Part shown: positions 34,582 through 43,833 of the stretch, piece after piece
Layout: each line of letters begins with the position of its first letter
Numbering within the stretch: position 1 is the stretch's first letter
Virus record (IMG/VR): IMGVR_UViG_2684623126_000004
Strand: one strand, 5' to 3'
Origin: a virus
Lineage: Duplodnaviria > Caudoviricetes
Length of the DNA stretch: 64,000 nucleotides
Made by a program: the position numbers and the translations under genes
The notes under the pieces: generated by a model
What the model was told of the DNA's origin: nothing
Seen by the model: the letters and a program-made list of their open reading frames with translations, nothing else
The model's database searches: none

Positions 34582-35406
34582 CTACGTGAGGCTGACTTTC
34601 TGGGAATTCGCCCAGTCCTTGCGGTCAAGGGCGGTCAGCGTGCAGAGGGTCATGGGCACGGCGAGCTCGACGTACTGGCCGTTCGCATCCACGGGGGAGT
34701 TCATGGGCATACCGATGGACTCGATCACCAGTGGCGAGTAGGTACGGCCCTTGAACTTCATGGCGACGCGCGTGGGCGACTTCGACGGCATCAGGGCTTC
34801 GACATAGCCCATGTCACCCTTCGTCGTCTCGGCGGCGCGCGCCAGCAGGGAGCCATCCTTCGAGAGCTCGATGGGCAAGGCCCACTCCATCAGCTTGTTG
34901 AACGGGGCTTCGACCTCGCTTGCCGGGTCGCGCCAAGCGCGGAACAGGGCCACCACCTGGATCTTCACCGGCGGCATCCCGTTGAAAACCTGCGTGCTGT
35001 TCAGCTTCGTGATGCCGGTGCGCCCCTCGAATTGCTTGAGGAAGTCGTTGGACTTCTGCTGGGCGCTGCCCTCCGTCTTCGTCCCCGACTTGTTGCCGGG
35101 CAGCATGACATCGACGATGGGCTGAAGCGCGCCGGACTGAAGCATCGCCATGAGCGCCGGGGCCTTCGATTCCGGCCCGGCCTGCTCGAACGGGCTCTGC
35201 CAGTTCAGCACCATTTCCATATTCGCCTCGGTCAGCGGCGCGAGCACGGTGGCCGCGTCGCTCTGCGAGGTGCGCCCCCAGGAATCGTCGCCGGTCTTGA
35301 CCACCTCGTAGAAGCTGGCGATCAGGTGCGGCGAAAGCCCGTCCCAGAGAGAGGACAGGCCGCCGCCTACCAGTGTGGGCGGGAGAATGGAAGGGATGTT
35401 TGGCAT
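34582..35406 (-). CDS. Tail/baseplate protein (P1 gp24-like)
   Basis: WQSPFE and TKLNSTQVFNG motifs; synteny. Confidence 0.6.
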   Translation of the reverse strand: MPNIPSILPPTLVGGGLSSLWDGLSPHLIASFYEVVKTGDDSWGRTSQSDAATVLAPLTEANMEMVLNWQSPFEQAGPESKAPALMAMLQSGALQPIVDVMLPGNKSGTKTEGSAQQKSNDFLKQFEGRTGITKLNSTQVFNGMPPVKIQVVALFRAWRDPASEVEAPFNKLMEWALPIELSKDGSLLARAAETTKGDMGYVEALMPSKSPTRVAMKFKGRTYSPLVIESIGMPMNSPVDANGQYVELAVPMTLCTLTALDRKDWANSQKVSLT

Positions 35407-35408
35407 AG

Positions 35409-35444
35409 AATAAAAAGGGCGCTACCGCTCTCGCAGCAGCGCCC
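35409..35444 (-). terminator. Rho-independent terminator: 12-bp stem, GAGA loop, U-tract
   Basis: GGGCGCTGCTGC-GAGA-GCGGTAGCGCCC-TTTTTATT on minus strand. Confidence 0.75.
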
Positions 35445-35472
35445 AAGGCCCCATCATGGCAAGGAGAACTTC

Positions 35473-36159
35473 TTACTTCAGGCCCGCGCGCTGGCGGATG
35501 CGCATGGACTTCATGCGGCGCATCATCGCCCCGGCGGAATGGCTCTTCATGCGCGCCTTGCGGATCGCCACCTTCTGCTTGGCAGACAGGCGGACGTGGC
35601 CGGAGATACGCTTGTTGATGCGCACCTTCTTCCCGCCACGGATGACCACCTTCTTGCGGTAGGCAGCGTCCAGCGCAGGCTCTTGGTCGTCGTCGGAGAA
35701 CACGAAGGCGTCGATGTCATCGCCGGCGCCGTCTTCGCCATCGGGCAGCACGGATGCCACCAGGTCGCGCACGCGGTCGGCGGCCTCGCCGTCCCAGTCG
35801 TTCAGCAGCGCGCCGGCGTCCTCTTCGGACACGCCGCACTTCACGAGGTAGTCCCAGGCGGTGTTGAGCGCCACTTGCAGGACGCCCTGCTCGTCTTCGG
35901 TGATGTCGCCGTCCTTGTTGGCATCGGCGATACCCACGAAGAGAGCCATCAGGCGGTCGGCGTAGCTTTCGCCATCGTCCAGGTCGTCGGTTTCTGCCCA
36001 TTGCTGGACGGCGGCCACAGCCGACACGGAAATGTCGGCGATGGTGTAGTCGTCGGCGCCGGACAGCTTCGGCTCCTTGTCGTCGGCGCTGTCCAGCGTC
36101 TTCTTGGCAGCGGGATCCGGGCGCTTGAGCGCGCCACGCAGCATTTCAGTCACGTTCAT
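35473..36159 (-). CDS. Virion protein with acidic core and Arg/Lys-rich C-terminus (P1 gp7-like)
   Basis: KKVVIRGG...LSAKQKVAIRKAR...KSMRIR tail. Confidence 0.7.
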   Translation of the reverse strand: MNVTEMLRGALKRPDPAAKKTLDSADDKEPKLSGADDYTIADISVSAVAAVQQWAETDDLDDGESYADRLMALFVGIADANKDGDITEDEQGVLQVALNTAWDYLVKCGVSEEDAGALLNDWDGEAADRVRDLVASVLPDGEDGAGDDIDAFVFSDDDQEPALDAAYRKKVVIRGGKKVRINKRISGHVRLSAKQKVAIRKARMKSHSAGAMMRRMKSMRIRQRAGLK

Positions 36160-36199
36160 GGTTTTGCTTCCTTTCCTCTATACGGTTTGCGGGTGGCGG

Positions 36200-37897
36200 T
36201 TACTTGCTCAAGGTCTGCGTTACGAAGGTGCGGCGGTTCGTGCCGTCGTAGCGCAGGGCGTAGGTCACATCCATGTCTTCGTAGGGCCGCATTTCATTGG
36301 GCCGCACGTCATACACGAACGCCTTGCCGCCCATTTCCGGCTCGCTGGAAGGCACGATCCACTTGGACGCCTCCGCACCCTCGAAGAGGGTTTGCAGGAA
36401 GTCCTTGGTCTTCTTCACCGACATATCCATCGGCAGTTGCAGGTTGTCCTTCGCAGCGCGCGTCACGGCCTCGTCGATGCTGGTGCTCATGTCGGCCACC
36501 GCGATCAGCTTCTTGAGGCTGGATTCGACCAGCGCGCAGGTCAGCGAATCGCGGAAGACGTAGCGCCCGCCGCCGGTGTAGGTTTCGTACACCACCGGGT
36601 TGATCTTGGCGCGCGCGAGCGCGTTCAAGTCCTGGTCGCGCAGCTTGACGGTCTGCGTAATCTTCACGCGCTGGATGGCCCATTCGCGGCCCGCAATCGG
36701 GTAGTTCTTCGGCGCGAAGCCCTTGGCATTCACCTGGGCGTTACGACCGCAGGCGTAGGCGATGTTCAGCGTCGCCGTGCCGAAGTAGCCGTTGGGATTC
36801 ACGCCCGTCGGGTCGTCGGACTTCAGCGGAGCCCAGAAGGCGTGCATCAGGTGCGCGGTCTGGCTGGCGCCCATGTTGAGCTGATTGACGAACGCGATGG
36901 CCGCTTCCACCGACAGGTTGCCGGGGATGTCGAAGCGGAGCTGGCGGTTCGTGTCGAACGCCAGTTGCGCGAGCTGGGCCAGCAGCGCCGGGGCCTGCGT
37001 GCCGCCGGACGAGATATAGGCGTAATCGAACTGCGTGTATTGCAGCTTTTCACGCGCGCCCATGTAGTCCTGCGTGGTGTAGGCCGTGCCGCCTTCGGAG
37101 AAGCACACCTGCACGCCGGACTTCGCCCATTGCTGGCGCCCGTTGGTGTCGTAGCCGTAGGCTTCGGAGCCGGCGGCGATGACGGCGGCAGCGCCCAGCA
37201 CGCCGGTCTGCAATTCGACGGCATCGGTCTGGCCCTGGGCCACGTCCGGCAGGTAGTTCGAGTTGCCGTAGTCGTCCTTGGAATCGGACTTCAGCGAGCC
37301 GTAGAACTCGTACAGCAGGTTGTCGTCCTTGTCGCGCAGGCGCAGCGTGAGCTTGTCGTTGGCGACATCCAGGCCAGCGTCCTGCACGGATTCGGCACGG
37401 AACTCGATCTGGATGCCGTCGTTGTGGCATTCCAGGTGCTTGACGGCGAACAGGAACGGGGTTTCCAGTTCCTCGAAGGCGTCCTCGGTCATCACCGTGT
37501 AGGTGAAGTCGCCCGTCGGGGCCGGAGCCACGGGCGGCTCGGCTGCCGGGTCGCCGGCGGTCATTTCGACGGCCACCACCAGCCACTTGATGGCGGCGGA
37601 GGTCGTGGAAAGACGCTGGATGATGGCCTGGTAAGCGCCCTTGTTCAGGGCTTCCACGACATGCACCCACGCCTCGTTGAGCGCGGACAAGCGCACCTGC
37701 TCGCCGTTGCCCAGCTTCTTGAACACGTTGCCGCGATCCACGGCGAACGGCTTGTCGATACGGCCACGAGTGGCCCGCATCATGATCCCGAACACCTGGT
37801 CGGAGTTATCACCGGCGGGAATCTCGGAGTTGTCGCGCAGCGGGTTGAGCTGAACGCCGGATTCCGCACCGAGTTGTCGCACGAAAGCGGTACTCAT
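36200..37897 (-). CDS. Tail sheath protein (P1 gp22-like)
   Basis: 565 aa; LARAKINPV, YVFRDSLT, PYEDMDVTY sheath-type C-terminus. Confidence 0.85.
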   Translation of the reverse strand: MSTAFVRQLGAESGVQLNPLRDNSEIPAGDNSDQVFGIMMRATRGRIDKPFAVDRGNVFKKLGNGEQVRLSALNEAWVHVVEALNKGAYQAIIQRLSTTSAAIKWLVVAVEMTAGDPAAEPPVAPAPTGDFTYTVMTEDAFEELETPFLFAVKHLECHNDGIQIEFRAESVQDAGLDVANDKLTLRLRDKDDNLLYEFYGSLKSDSKDDYGNSNYLPDVAQGQTDAVELQTGVLGAAAVIAAGSEAYGYDTNGRQQWAKSGVQVCFSEGGTAYTTQDYMGAREKLQYTQFDYAYISSGGTQAPALLAQLAQLAFDTNRQLRFDIPGNLSVEAAIAFVNQLNMGASQTAHLMHAFWAPLKSDDPTGVNPNGYFGTATLNIAYACGRNAQVNAKGFAPKNYPIAGREWAIQRVKITQTVKLRDQDLNALARAKINPVVYETYTGGGRYVFRDSLTCALVESSLKKLIAVADMSTSIDEAVTRAAKDNLQLPMDMSVKKTKDFLQTLFEGAEASKWIVPSSEPEMGGKAFVYDVRPNEMRPYEDMDVTYALRYDGTNRRTFVTQTLSK

Positions 37898-37912
37898 GGC
37901 CTCTCCCTTCTA

Positions 37913-38563
37913 TTACGCGCCGGTGGCTTGTTGGCCGTCGGCAGCGCCGTTTTCTTGACCGGCAGCGCCGGCACCTTCACCGCTGGCATCGCCGGTCGGC
38001 GCAACAGGGTCGGCGGTCTTGTCACCCTCGGGGGCGACAGGAGCGGCGTCCAGCAGCGCGGCCAGGTCGGCCTTCTTGGCATTGGCCTGGAACTCGATGC
38101 CCTTGGCCTTCAGTGCGTCCTTGAGTTGGTCGTAGGACAGACCTTCGGACGGCTTCTTGACGATGGTTTCGCCGCCCTCGCCGCCGGCGCCCGTGCCTTC
38201 GCCCGAACCCGTGCCGCCGGCACCTTCACCGCTGGCATCGCCATCGGTTTCAGCCGGGATAGCGCCGTCGGAAATGGTCACGGCCAGCTTGTAGCGGTTG
38301 AGCTCGGCGATCTGCTCGATGCTCGAAGCCACGCGCTGGAACAGGTCGTGCGAGGCAACCTTGACGGTCTTCGCGCTTTCCTTGTCGTTGGCGACGTGCT
38401 TCAGGAACAGGCCCGGCACCTCGGGGAAAACCACGTCGCGCGGCATGTGGTTCTTCACCGTGATGGTGAGCGGGTACTTGGCGTCGGCGAAAGCCTCGGC
38501 CACCAGTTGGTTGGCGTCCTTCCCCGTGAGGGAAGGAGCGCCCAGCTTGACGATCTTGGTCAT
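37913..38563 (-). CDS. Protein with HeH/LEM-like helix-extension-helix module, possible head-associated DNA-binding protein
   Basis: LSYDQLKDALKAKGIEFQANAKKADLAALL; between capsid and sheath. Confidence 0.7.
   Translation of the reverse strand: MTKIVKLGAPSLTGKDANQLVAEAFADAKYPLTITVKNHMPRDVVFPEVPGLFLKHVANDKESAKTVKVASHDLFQRVASSIEQIAELNRYKLAVTISDGAIPAETDGDASGEGAGGTGSGEGTGAGGEGGETIVKKPSEGLSYDQLKDALKAKGIEFQANAKKADLAALLDAAPVAPEGDKTADPVAPTGDASGEGAGAAGQENGAADGQQATGA
37967..38242. repeat. Perfect 27-bp direct repeat (37967-37993 and 38216-38242) encoding GDASGEGAG
   Basis: GCCGGCACCTTCACCGCTGGCATCGCC twice, 249 bp apart. Confidence 0.9.
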
Positions 38564-38590
38564 GTTGGTGCTCCTTTCCGGCCTGGGCGA

Positions 38591-40273
38591 TTAGCGCAGG
38601 TTGGTCACGTTGATGGTGGCGCAGCCCAGCGAAGACGGGCCGTGCGGATTGACCGCCGTGAAGTTGCGGGCGTAGAAGCCGGCGCCTTCGCGCAGGTCAT
38701 CGCCGGCCAGCAGGGGCTTGACGGTCGGGGGAACGGCATCGCCCAGGACGATGGGGTTGCGCGCCACGTCGGTAGCACGGCCCACGCAGAGGATGTTGCC
38801 GCTGTTGGCGGTTTCGGCCACTTCCTTCGGGGTGTAGTACACCTCGTACTGGCCGAACAGGCGGCCCACGCGGAAGATGCCGGGGCGGACGGCGATACCG
38901 GACGGCTCGAAGATGTCGTTGGCGAGCGTCAGGAACTGCGAAGCGATGTCCTTGCCGACATACAGGTGGGTGATACCGTGGTTCATGGTATCGACGGCCA
39001 TCTGCTGCGACGCATTGGCGAGAGCCGCGCCGAAGTCGTGCCAGATGTCGTTGCGCTTGAGCTGCGTCGAACGGTTCGCCCAGTCGAAGTTGTAGGTGGA
39101 CTGGTTGTTCGCGGCCAGACGGCGGGCCTTCGCCAGCACGTTGTAGTGGCGCTCGTTGGCAAACTGGTTCTGGATGGCGATGATGCTTTCGCTGTACGGA
39201 TCCAGGTTCAGTTCGTTCGCCATCTGGGTGCGGCCGTCGATGCTCTGACGGGTGATGACGCGCCACGGGGCCGCGTACAGCGGGAAGGTGCTGACGGACG
39301 TGATGATCGAGGGGGTAACGCTCGGGTCACGCTCGAAGTCGATGAAGCCTTCCACCGTCACGGGGATGGTGTCGGGCATCTTCGGGGTCGTGGTCAGCGC
39401 ATACACGCCGGTGTCGGTGTTGATGGTGCCGCCGATCACGTAGGTGGTGCCCGCGATGGTGATGCTGCCATTGACCGGCGAGTTGCCGGCGCCGGAGCTG
39501 TTGATCGGCTCTTGGGCGGCAAGCACGCCATTGACATACACCTGCGAGCGGCCACGCAGCAGCTTGACGCCGGTAGCGCCCTGGTCGCAGGTGTCGCTGG
39601 TGGCTTGACCGACGGTCAGCTTGCCGCCCACGGTGCCGTCAGCGGTCGCCGGGGTGGTGGTATGGACGCGGGACGCGCCGACGTAGGCGCCGCCGGAGTG
39701 CGTGCCGTCCAGCAGGTCGTTCTGGGCGTAGGCGCCGAAGGTGTTGCCGGCCTGGTGGCTCACGATGGCGAGCTTGGCTTCGTTGGAGCCGATGTCCGCC
39801 GGCAGGTAGTGCGCGAACGGGATGGCTTCGGCGAAGGTGGTCAGGATGGACACCACGGCGCGGTTCGGCTGGATGGAACCCTGGTCGTGATGGACGGACG
39901 AGGCCGAATCCAGCGCGGCGCCGTACTTGCGCTTGGCTTCGCTGGTGGTGGCGTAGGCCAGGTGCAGAGCCTGCTCGGCCACGTCAGCGGGGACGGTCAT
40001 GCCGTGCTGCTCTTCGTAGATTTTCACGCCGTCGAGGATGGCGCGAGTGACGCGCTCCTTCTCGCCTTCATCCTTGCAGTCGTCGAGGACGGCTTGCAGG
40101 GTTTCGGGGATCTTGACGCCCGAACTTTGGCTCGTCGCGGTCGCCATGAAGTCGGCGGCTGCGGCGGAATCGAAGGTGCCGCTCGGGGCGGCATTGTCCT
40201 TCAGGGAGGTGATGAAATTGGATACTTCGGCAGTCTCGCGCTTGAAGTAATCCTGTTGGATGCGCTTGGTCAT
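38591..40273 (-). CDS. Major capsid protein precursor (P1 gp23-like), 560 aa
   Basis: Size, strong RBS, N-terminal helical propeptide, HK97-like beta-rich body. Confidence 0.85.
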   Translation of the reverse strand: MTKRIQQDYFKRETAEVSNFITSLKDNAAPSGTFDSAAAADFMATATSQSSGVKIPETLQAVLDDCKDEGEKERVTRAILDGVKIYEEQHGMTVPADVAEQALHLAYATTSEAKRKYGAALDSASSVHHDQGSIQPNRAVVSILTTFAEAIPFAHYLPADIGSNEAKLAIVSHQAGNTFGAYAQNDLLDGTHSGGAYVGASRVHTTTPATADGTVGGKLTVGQATSDTCDQGATGVKLLRGRSQVYVNGVLAAQEPINSSGAGNSPVNGSITIAGTTYVIGGTINTDTGVYALTTTPKMPDTIPVTVEGFIDFERDPSVTPSIITSVSTFPLYAAPWRVITRQSIDGRTQMANELNLDPYSESIIAIQNQFANERHYNVLAKARRLAANNQSTYNFDWANRSTQLKRNDIWHDFGAALANASQQMAVDTMNHGITHLYVGKDIASQFLTLANDIFEPSGIAVRPGIFRVGRLFGQYEVYYTPKEVAETANSGNILCVGRATDVARNPIVLGDAVPPTVKPLLAGDDLREGAGFYARNFTAVNPHGPSSLGCATINVTNLR

Positions 40274-40337
40274 GGTTTCGTGTCCTTTCGGAGAAGTTCA
40301 AACACAGGAAATGCCGACTGGTAGCCGACTGCTGGTC

Positions 40338-40377
40338 ATTCTCCGGGCCGCAAAATCACGCCAAAGGCGGTTTTTCC
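40338..40377 (-). promoter_or_regulatory. Candidate late promoter variant GGAAAA-N28-GAGAAT upstream of capsid gene
   Basis: Motif present, spacing one base shorter. Confidence 0.5.
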
Positions 40378-40405
40378 GGTTTTCTACTACCCCGTCCAAG
40401 GGGGG

Positions 40406-40576
40406 CTACGACGGGAGCCTTTCGCCGCTCTCGAATTGCTCGCGCCCGTCCATCGCGTGATGCACGAACAGGCCCGGCTCGTCCTCGTCGGATGTCGAGC
40501 GACACCAGCACGAATCGCTAACCTCGTGCTCCCGAAAGTCGCCCAGCGGGATGATGTGGAGCTGTTCAGGGTTCAT
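40406..40576 (-). CDS. Small His/Cys-rich phage protein (EH...CWC...HHA)
   Basis: 56 aa, overlaps upstream stop. Confidence 0.6.
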   Translation of the reverse strand: MNPEQLHIIPLGDFREHEVSDSCWCRSTSDEDEPGLFVHHAMDGREQFESGERLPS

Positions 40577-41111
40577 CCGGCGCCCCGTCTTCAATGTCTT
40601 CCACCGGCCCGGCGGGCAGGTGCAGGTCGTCGCGGCGGTTGGTCACATACCGGGTGGTGTATGGCGGGATGTTGGACGTGGTTTCGTAGCCGACGACCTC
40701 GAAGGCGATGCGCGCCGGGTTCGGGCCGTCGCCCAGCAGCACGTAGATCACGTCGTTGGTGCGCACGTCGAACCACTCCGCGCTGCCCGACGGGCCTTCC
40801 GGTTCGATGAGGAAGCGGAACTCGTCGATGCCACCCGTGTTCGCGTCCTTCCTGTCCATCATCGGCGACGCCCCGAAGGGATCCGCCGGCAAGGCGTAGC
40901 CGTTGCCGACGTAGGCGTACTCGAACTGCTCTTCGTCGCCGGTGTTGAGCACGGCCAGGCCGCCCAGCGTCGGGTTGCCATCCACCGTTTCCTCGCCGGC
41001 GCCGGAGCGCGTGACGCTCTTGCGGAAAAGCTGGATGTTGAAGGCGTTGGGGTGATTGACCACGACATTGCGGGCCATGCGGTTGATTGCTTCGGGCACG
41101 TTGTTGAGCAT
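40566..41111 (-). CDS. Probable head-completion/structural protein
   Basis: Operon position, RBS GAAGGGA. Confidence 0.6.
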   Translation of the reverse strand: MLNNVPEAINRMARNVVVNHPNAFNIQLFRKSVTRSGAGEETVDGNPTLGGLAVLNTGDEEQFEYAYVGNGYALPADPFGASPMMDRKDANTGGIDEFRFLIEPEGPSGSAEWFDVRTNDVIYVLLGDGPNPARIAFEVVGYETTSNIPPYTTRYVTNRRDDLHLPAGPVEDIEDGAPDEP

Positions 41112-41115
41112 CGCT

Positions 41116-42183
41116 CTATCCCTTCTGATTCTGTTGGGCCTGGGCCAGCAGCTTCATCACCTGATCGGGCGTCATGCCGAACTGGGCGGCCAGGGTCTTT
41201 GCCGACGACTGCACGGCGCGGCGGGTTGCGGTCGCCTTCCTCTTCGGCGGTGGGGGCGCTGCTTTCTTGGCGGCTCGGACAAGCGCGGCGCGCTCCCGTG
41301 CGCGCTGGCGCTGGCGCATGGTGGCTTCCACGTCGCGGATGCGGGCGGCAGGTTTCCCGGCCAGCTTTTCGGCCTCTTCCTGGGACATCTGCACGCTCAC
41401 GCGGTTGTTGTCCTGGGCGCGGGCCTTGTCGATCAGCCGGGCGAGGAAGTTCTGGATGGAAGGTGAGGATTCCACCTCGGCCATGACGCGCAGAATGTGC
41501 TTGCAGGCGACGCCGTGCAGGTTCGGGTTGCGCACCTTCGGGTAGCCCGTCTCGTCGCGCCCGGCGTTGAACTTGCCGATGGTGGCGATGTATCGGAACC
41601 AGTAGCGCCAGCGCCCGCAGTCGCACTCGATGCGCAGCGGTTCCTTGCGCATCCACGCCGCCGACTTCTTACCATCCCCGCGCGCACCGGAGGCGGCGGA
41701 GGCGTAGGACAGAAAATCGACGATGACGTGGTGGTGCGACACGTCGGAGTTCGGCCCGGCGTTGGTCATAAACCGCACCTTGCTCCCGTAGGCGGCCACC
41801 GGGACGGCGGTGCGAATCTCCGCATTGGCGCGCGCGCGGTCATCGGGCAGGGACAGGTCAAGCACCTGCCGGGCGCGGATGCCGCCCTTGTAGCGGCCCT
41901 GGGCGACACGGACGTTGTGGCGGAACTGCGCCAGGTCGTCATGCGTCAGGGGGCGCACATTCCCGCCCATCGTCGTCATCAGCATCCGGTGGGCGTCGTA
42001 CTCGCCCTGCACGTCCTTGGCGTTGAGGATGACGGACTTGGGAGATTCGCCGGCGGCGCGGCGCTGGGCGGCATCTTCGGCGGCGCGGGCCTTCTGGTCG
42101 GTCGCGGAGCCGCGCAGCTTGGGCAGCCAGCCGCTGGGGCTGGAACCACCACTGGATCGGCCCGTGGGCTTCTTGGTCGCCAT
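41116..42183 (-). CDS. SWIM-type zinc-finger virion protein (P1 gp25-like)
   Basis: CDCGRWRYWFRYIAT...PKVRNPNLHGVACKH. Confidence 0.75.
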   Translation of the reverse strand: MATKKPTGRSSGGSSPSGWLPKLRGSATDQKARAAEDAAQRRAAGESPKSVILNAKDVQGEYDAHRMLMTTMGGNVRPLTHDDLAQFRHNVRVAQGRYKGGIRARQVLDLSLPDDRARANAEIRTAVPVAAYGSKVRFMTNAGPNSDVSHHHVIVDFLSYASAASGARGDGKKSAAWMRKEPLRIECDCGRWRYWFRYIATIGKFNAGRDETGYPKVRNPNLHGVACKHILRVMAEVESSPSIQNFLARLIDKARAQDNNRVSVQMSQEEAEKLAGKPAARIRDVEATMRQRQRARERAALVRAAKKAAPPPPKRKATATRRAVQSSAKTLAAQFGMTPDQVMKLLAQAQQNQKG

Positions 42184-42185
42184 GC

Positions 42186-42524
42186 CTACGCCCCCGCCCA
42201 GGACGGCGCGCCAGCTTCGCGCAGGTCGGCGATGGATTCAAACCCGACGCGGCGCTTGATGGCGATGAGCTGGCCCTCGTTCGGGAGCACGATGCGCTTC
42301 TGGGGAAGCGGCTGGTCGATGCTGTCCAGGCCGGCGGCGGCCATGACCGTCAGGTATTCGTCGCGGCGGCCATAGACGCGCTGGGAAACCAGCGTCAGGT
42401 CGAGGGCTTCGTCCGGCTTCGTCTCGTAGTAGATGGCCGTAGTGTCCCAGGGCTTGACGCTCTCCGCGAACTTGCGGACTTCGCGGTAGAAGGACTTGGC
42501 GGCGCGGGTGTCTTGGTCGAGCAT
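42186..42524 (-). CDS. Small baseplate protein (P1 gp26/LysM-like)
   Basis: PDEALDLTLVSQRVYG motif. Confidence 0.6.
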   Translation of the reverse strand: MLDQDTRAAKSFYREVRKFAESVKPWDTTAIYYETKPDEALDLTLVSQRVYGRRDEYLTVMAAAGLDSIDQPLPQKRIVLPNEGQLIAIKRRVGFESIADLREAGAPSWAGA

Positions 42525-42535
42525 GGCCGGGCCTT

Positions 42536-43024
42536 TCAGATGGTCAGGATGCCGCCCCCGGCCAGGTGCCGGAAGGCTTCAGCCATGCGGACGGTGCTTT
42601 CCACCGTGTCGGAGCGCAAGGCGTACAGGCAGGTCGCCAGCGCGGCCACCTGCGCGCACGTCACGCTGGCGTTGATGCGGTACTTGGGGCCGCTGGTTTC
42701 GATGCCGTCCTGCTCGATGGCATTGCTGGGGTTCGCCCGGTTTGCCCGGTCGCCGAACACCAGGCGCGGGGCCTTTCCGTCCGCCGCCACGCCGTTCTTC
42801 AGGGACTGGAAGGCGGCGATGGCAGGCAGCAGGTCGGCATCGGTGAAGAGCTTGTCGCGGGTAATGTCCGGCACGTTGGTCAGGATGGTGCAACCCTCGC
42901 GGCGGTCGGCGCGGTATCCGGCCTCGGCGCTCACCACCAGCACGCGGGCGTCGGTGTCGTAGGCTGAAAACAGGCTGCACGGCTGGCCGCCGTAGCCGGT
43001 GAAGGTCGCCTGAATCTGGATCAT
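42536..43024 (-). CDS. Hypothetical phage protein
   Basis: ATGA overlap with upstream gene. Confidence 0.65.
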   Translation of the reverse strand: MIQIQATFTGYGGQPCSLFSAYDTDARVLVVSAEAGYRADRREGCTILTNVPDITRDKLFTDADLLPAIAAFQSLKNGVAADGKAPRLVFGDRANRANPSNAIEQDGIETSGPKYRINASVTCAQVAALATCLYALRSDTVESTVRMAEAFRHLAGGGILTI

Positions 43025-43821
43025 GCCCCGCCCCCTTCGCCGCCGGCGTCAGGCGCGGACACGCCGTAGGGTCGGATGTCGGTCGCGCCGCCGTTCGGCC
43101 CGGCTTCGCGGCTGGTGATGCCGATTTGCTGCACCACGGGGTAGCCGGCAGGATCCGCAGCGTCGCCCGGCGTGCCCTTGCCGTCGTTCGGTTCGCCAGC
43201 CTTGGGAGCGTCGAAGAGCGGGATTTCCGCGCGCAGGGTGATGTCGATGGCGAGTACCGTCAGGTTCTTGGCCTCGGTCGGGATGTTCATGGCTGGCACG
43301 TCGGGAAGCTCCACCTGCACGGGCCAGTCCATCGGCTGGCTGGCGAAGGCGTAGCGCGCCGTGAATCGGCGGTTCGGTGTGGCATCGAGGAACAGGCCGA
43401 ATTGCGCGGCCAGCGAATGCGCGGTTGGTTCGTCCGTGGCGAAGATGACGATCTGCGCCCGGATGTCGCCAGCCACGGCGCGCAGGCCGAACATGCGCTC
43501 CTTCGGGTCGGTGGGGATGATGACCATTTCCCGGTCGGCCACCTGGCGGGTGTAGTCGCGCCCCGTCGGGGTGTAGTCCTTCGCCAGCGCAACGAGGATG
43601 GCGGGCATGTCAGGCGGGCGCGTGGGAGCGTCGTGGATGTCGCTGCGCATCCAGAGGGAAAGCATGTCCTCGGCAGCGTCGATCATGCGGGACGGCGCCC
43701 AGGCGATGCTCTTTGCCACCCCGCGCGTGACGTAGCTTTCCAGCGGCTTCGTGGTCGGGACGAGGGTCGCGTAGAAACGGCCCATGAACAGGCCGAAGGC
43801 TTCCTTGACGGGTTGGAGCAT
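43021..43821 (-). CDS. Probable tail completion/terminator-like protein
   Basis: 266 aa in head-tail operon; beta-rich. Confidence 0.55.
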   Translation of the reverse strand: MLQPVKEAFGLFMGRFYATLVPTTKPLESYVTRGVAKSIAWAPSRMIDAAEDMLSLWMRSDIHDAPTRPPDMPAILVALAKDYTPTGRDYTRQVADREMVIIPTDPKERMFGLRAVAGDIRAQIVIFATDEPTAHSLAAQFGLFLDATPNRRFTARYAFASQPMDWPVQVELPDVPAMNIPTEAKNLTVLAIDITLRAEIPLFDAPKAGEPNDGKGTPGDAADPAGYPVVQQIGITSREAGPNGGATDIRPYGVSAPDAGGEGGGA

Positions 43822-43833
43822 GGGCGCGGCCTA

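Noticed and set aside
36077-40324. 1415-aa plus-strand ORF
   Set aside because: Antisense shadow of sheath and capsid genes; expected in GC-rich DNA, with no motifs or RBS
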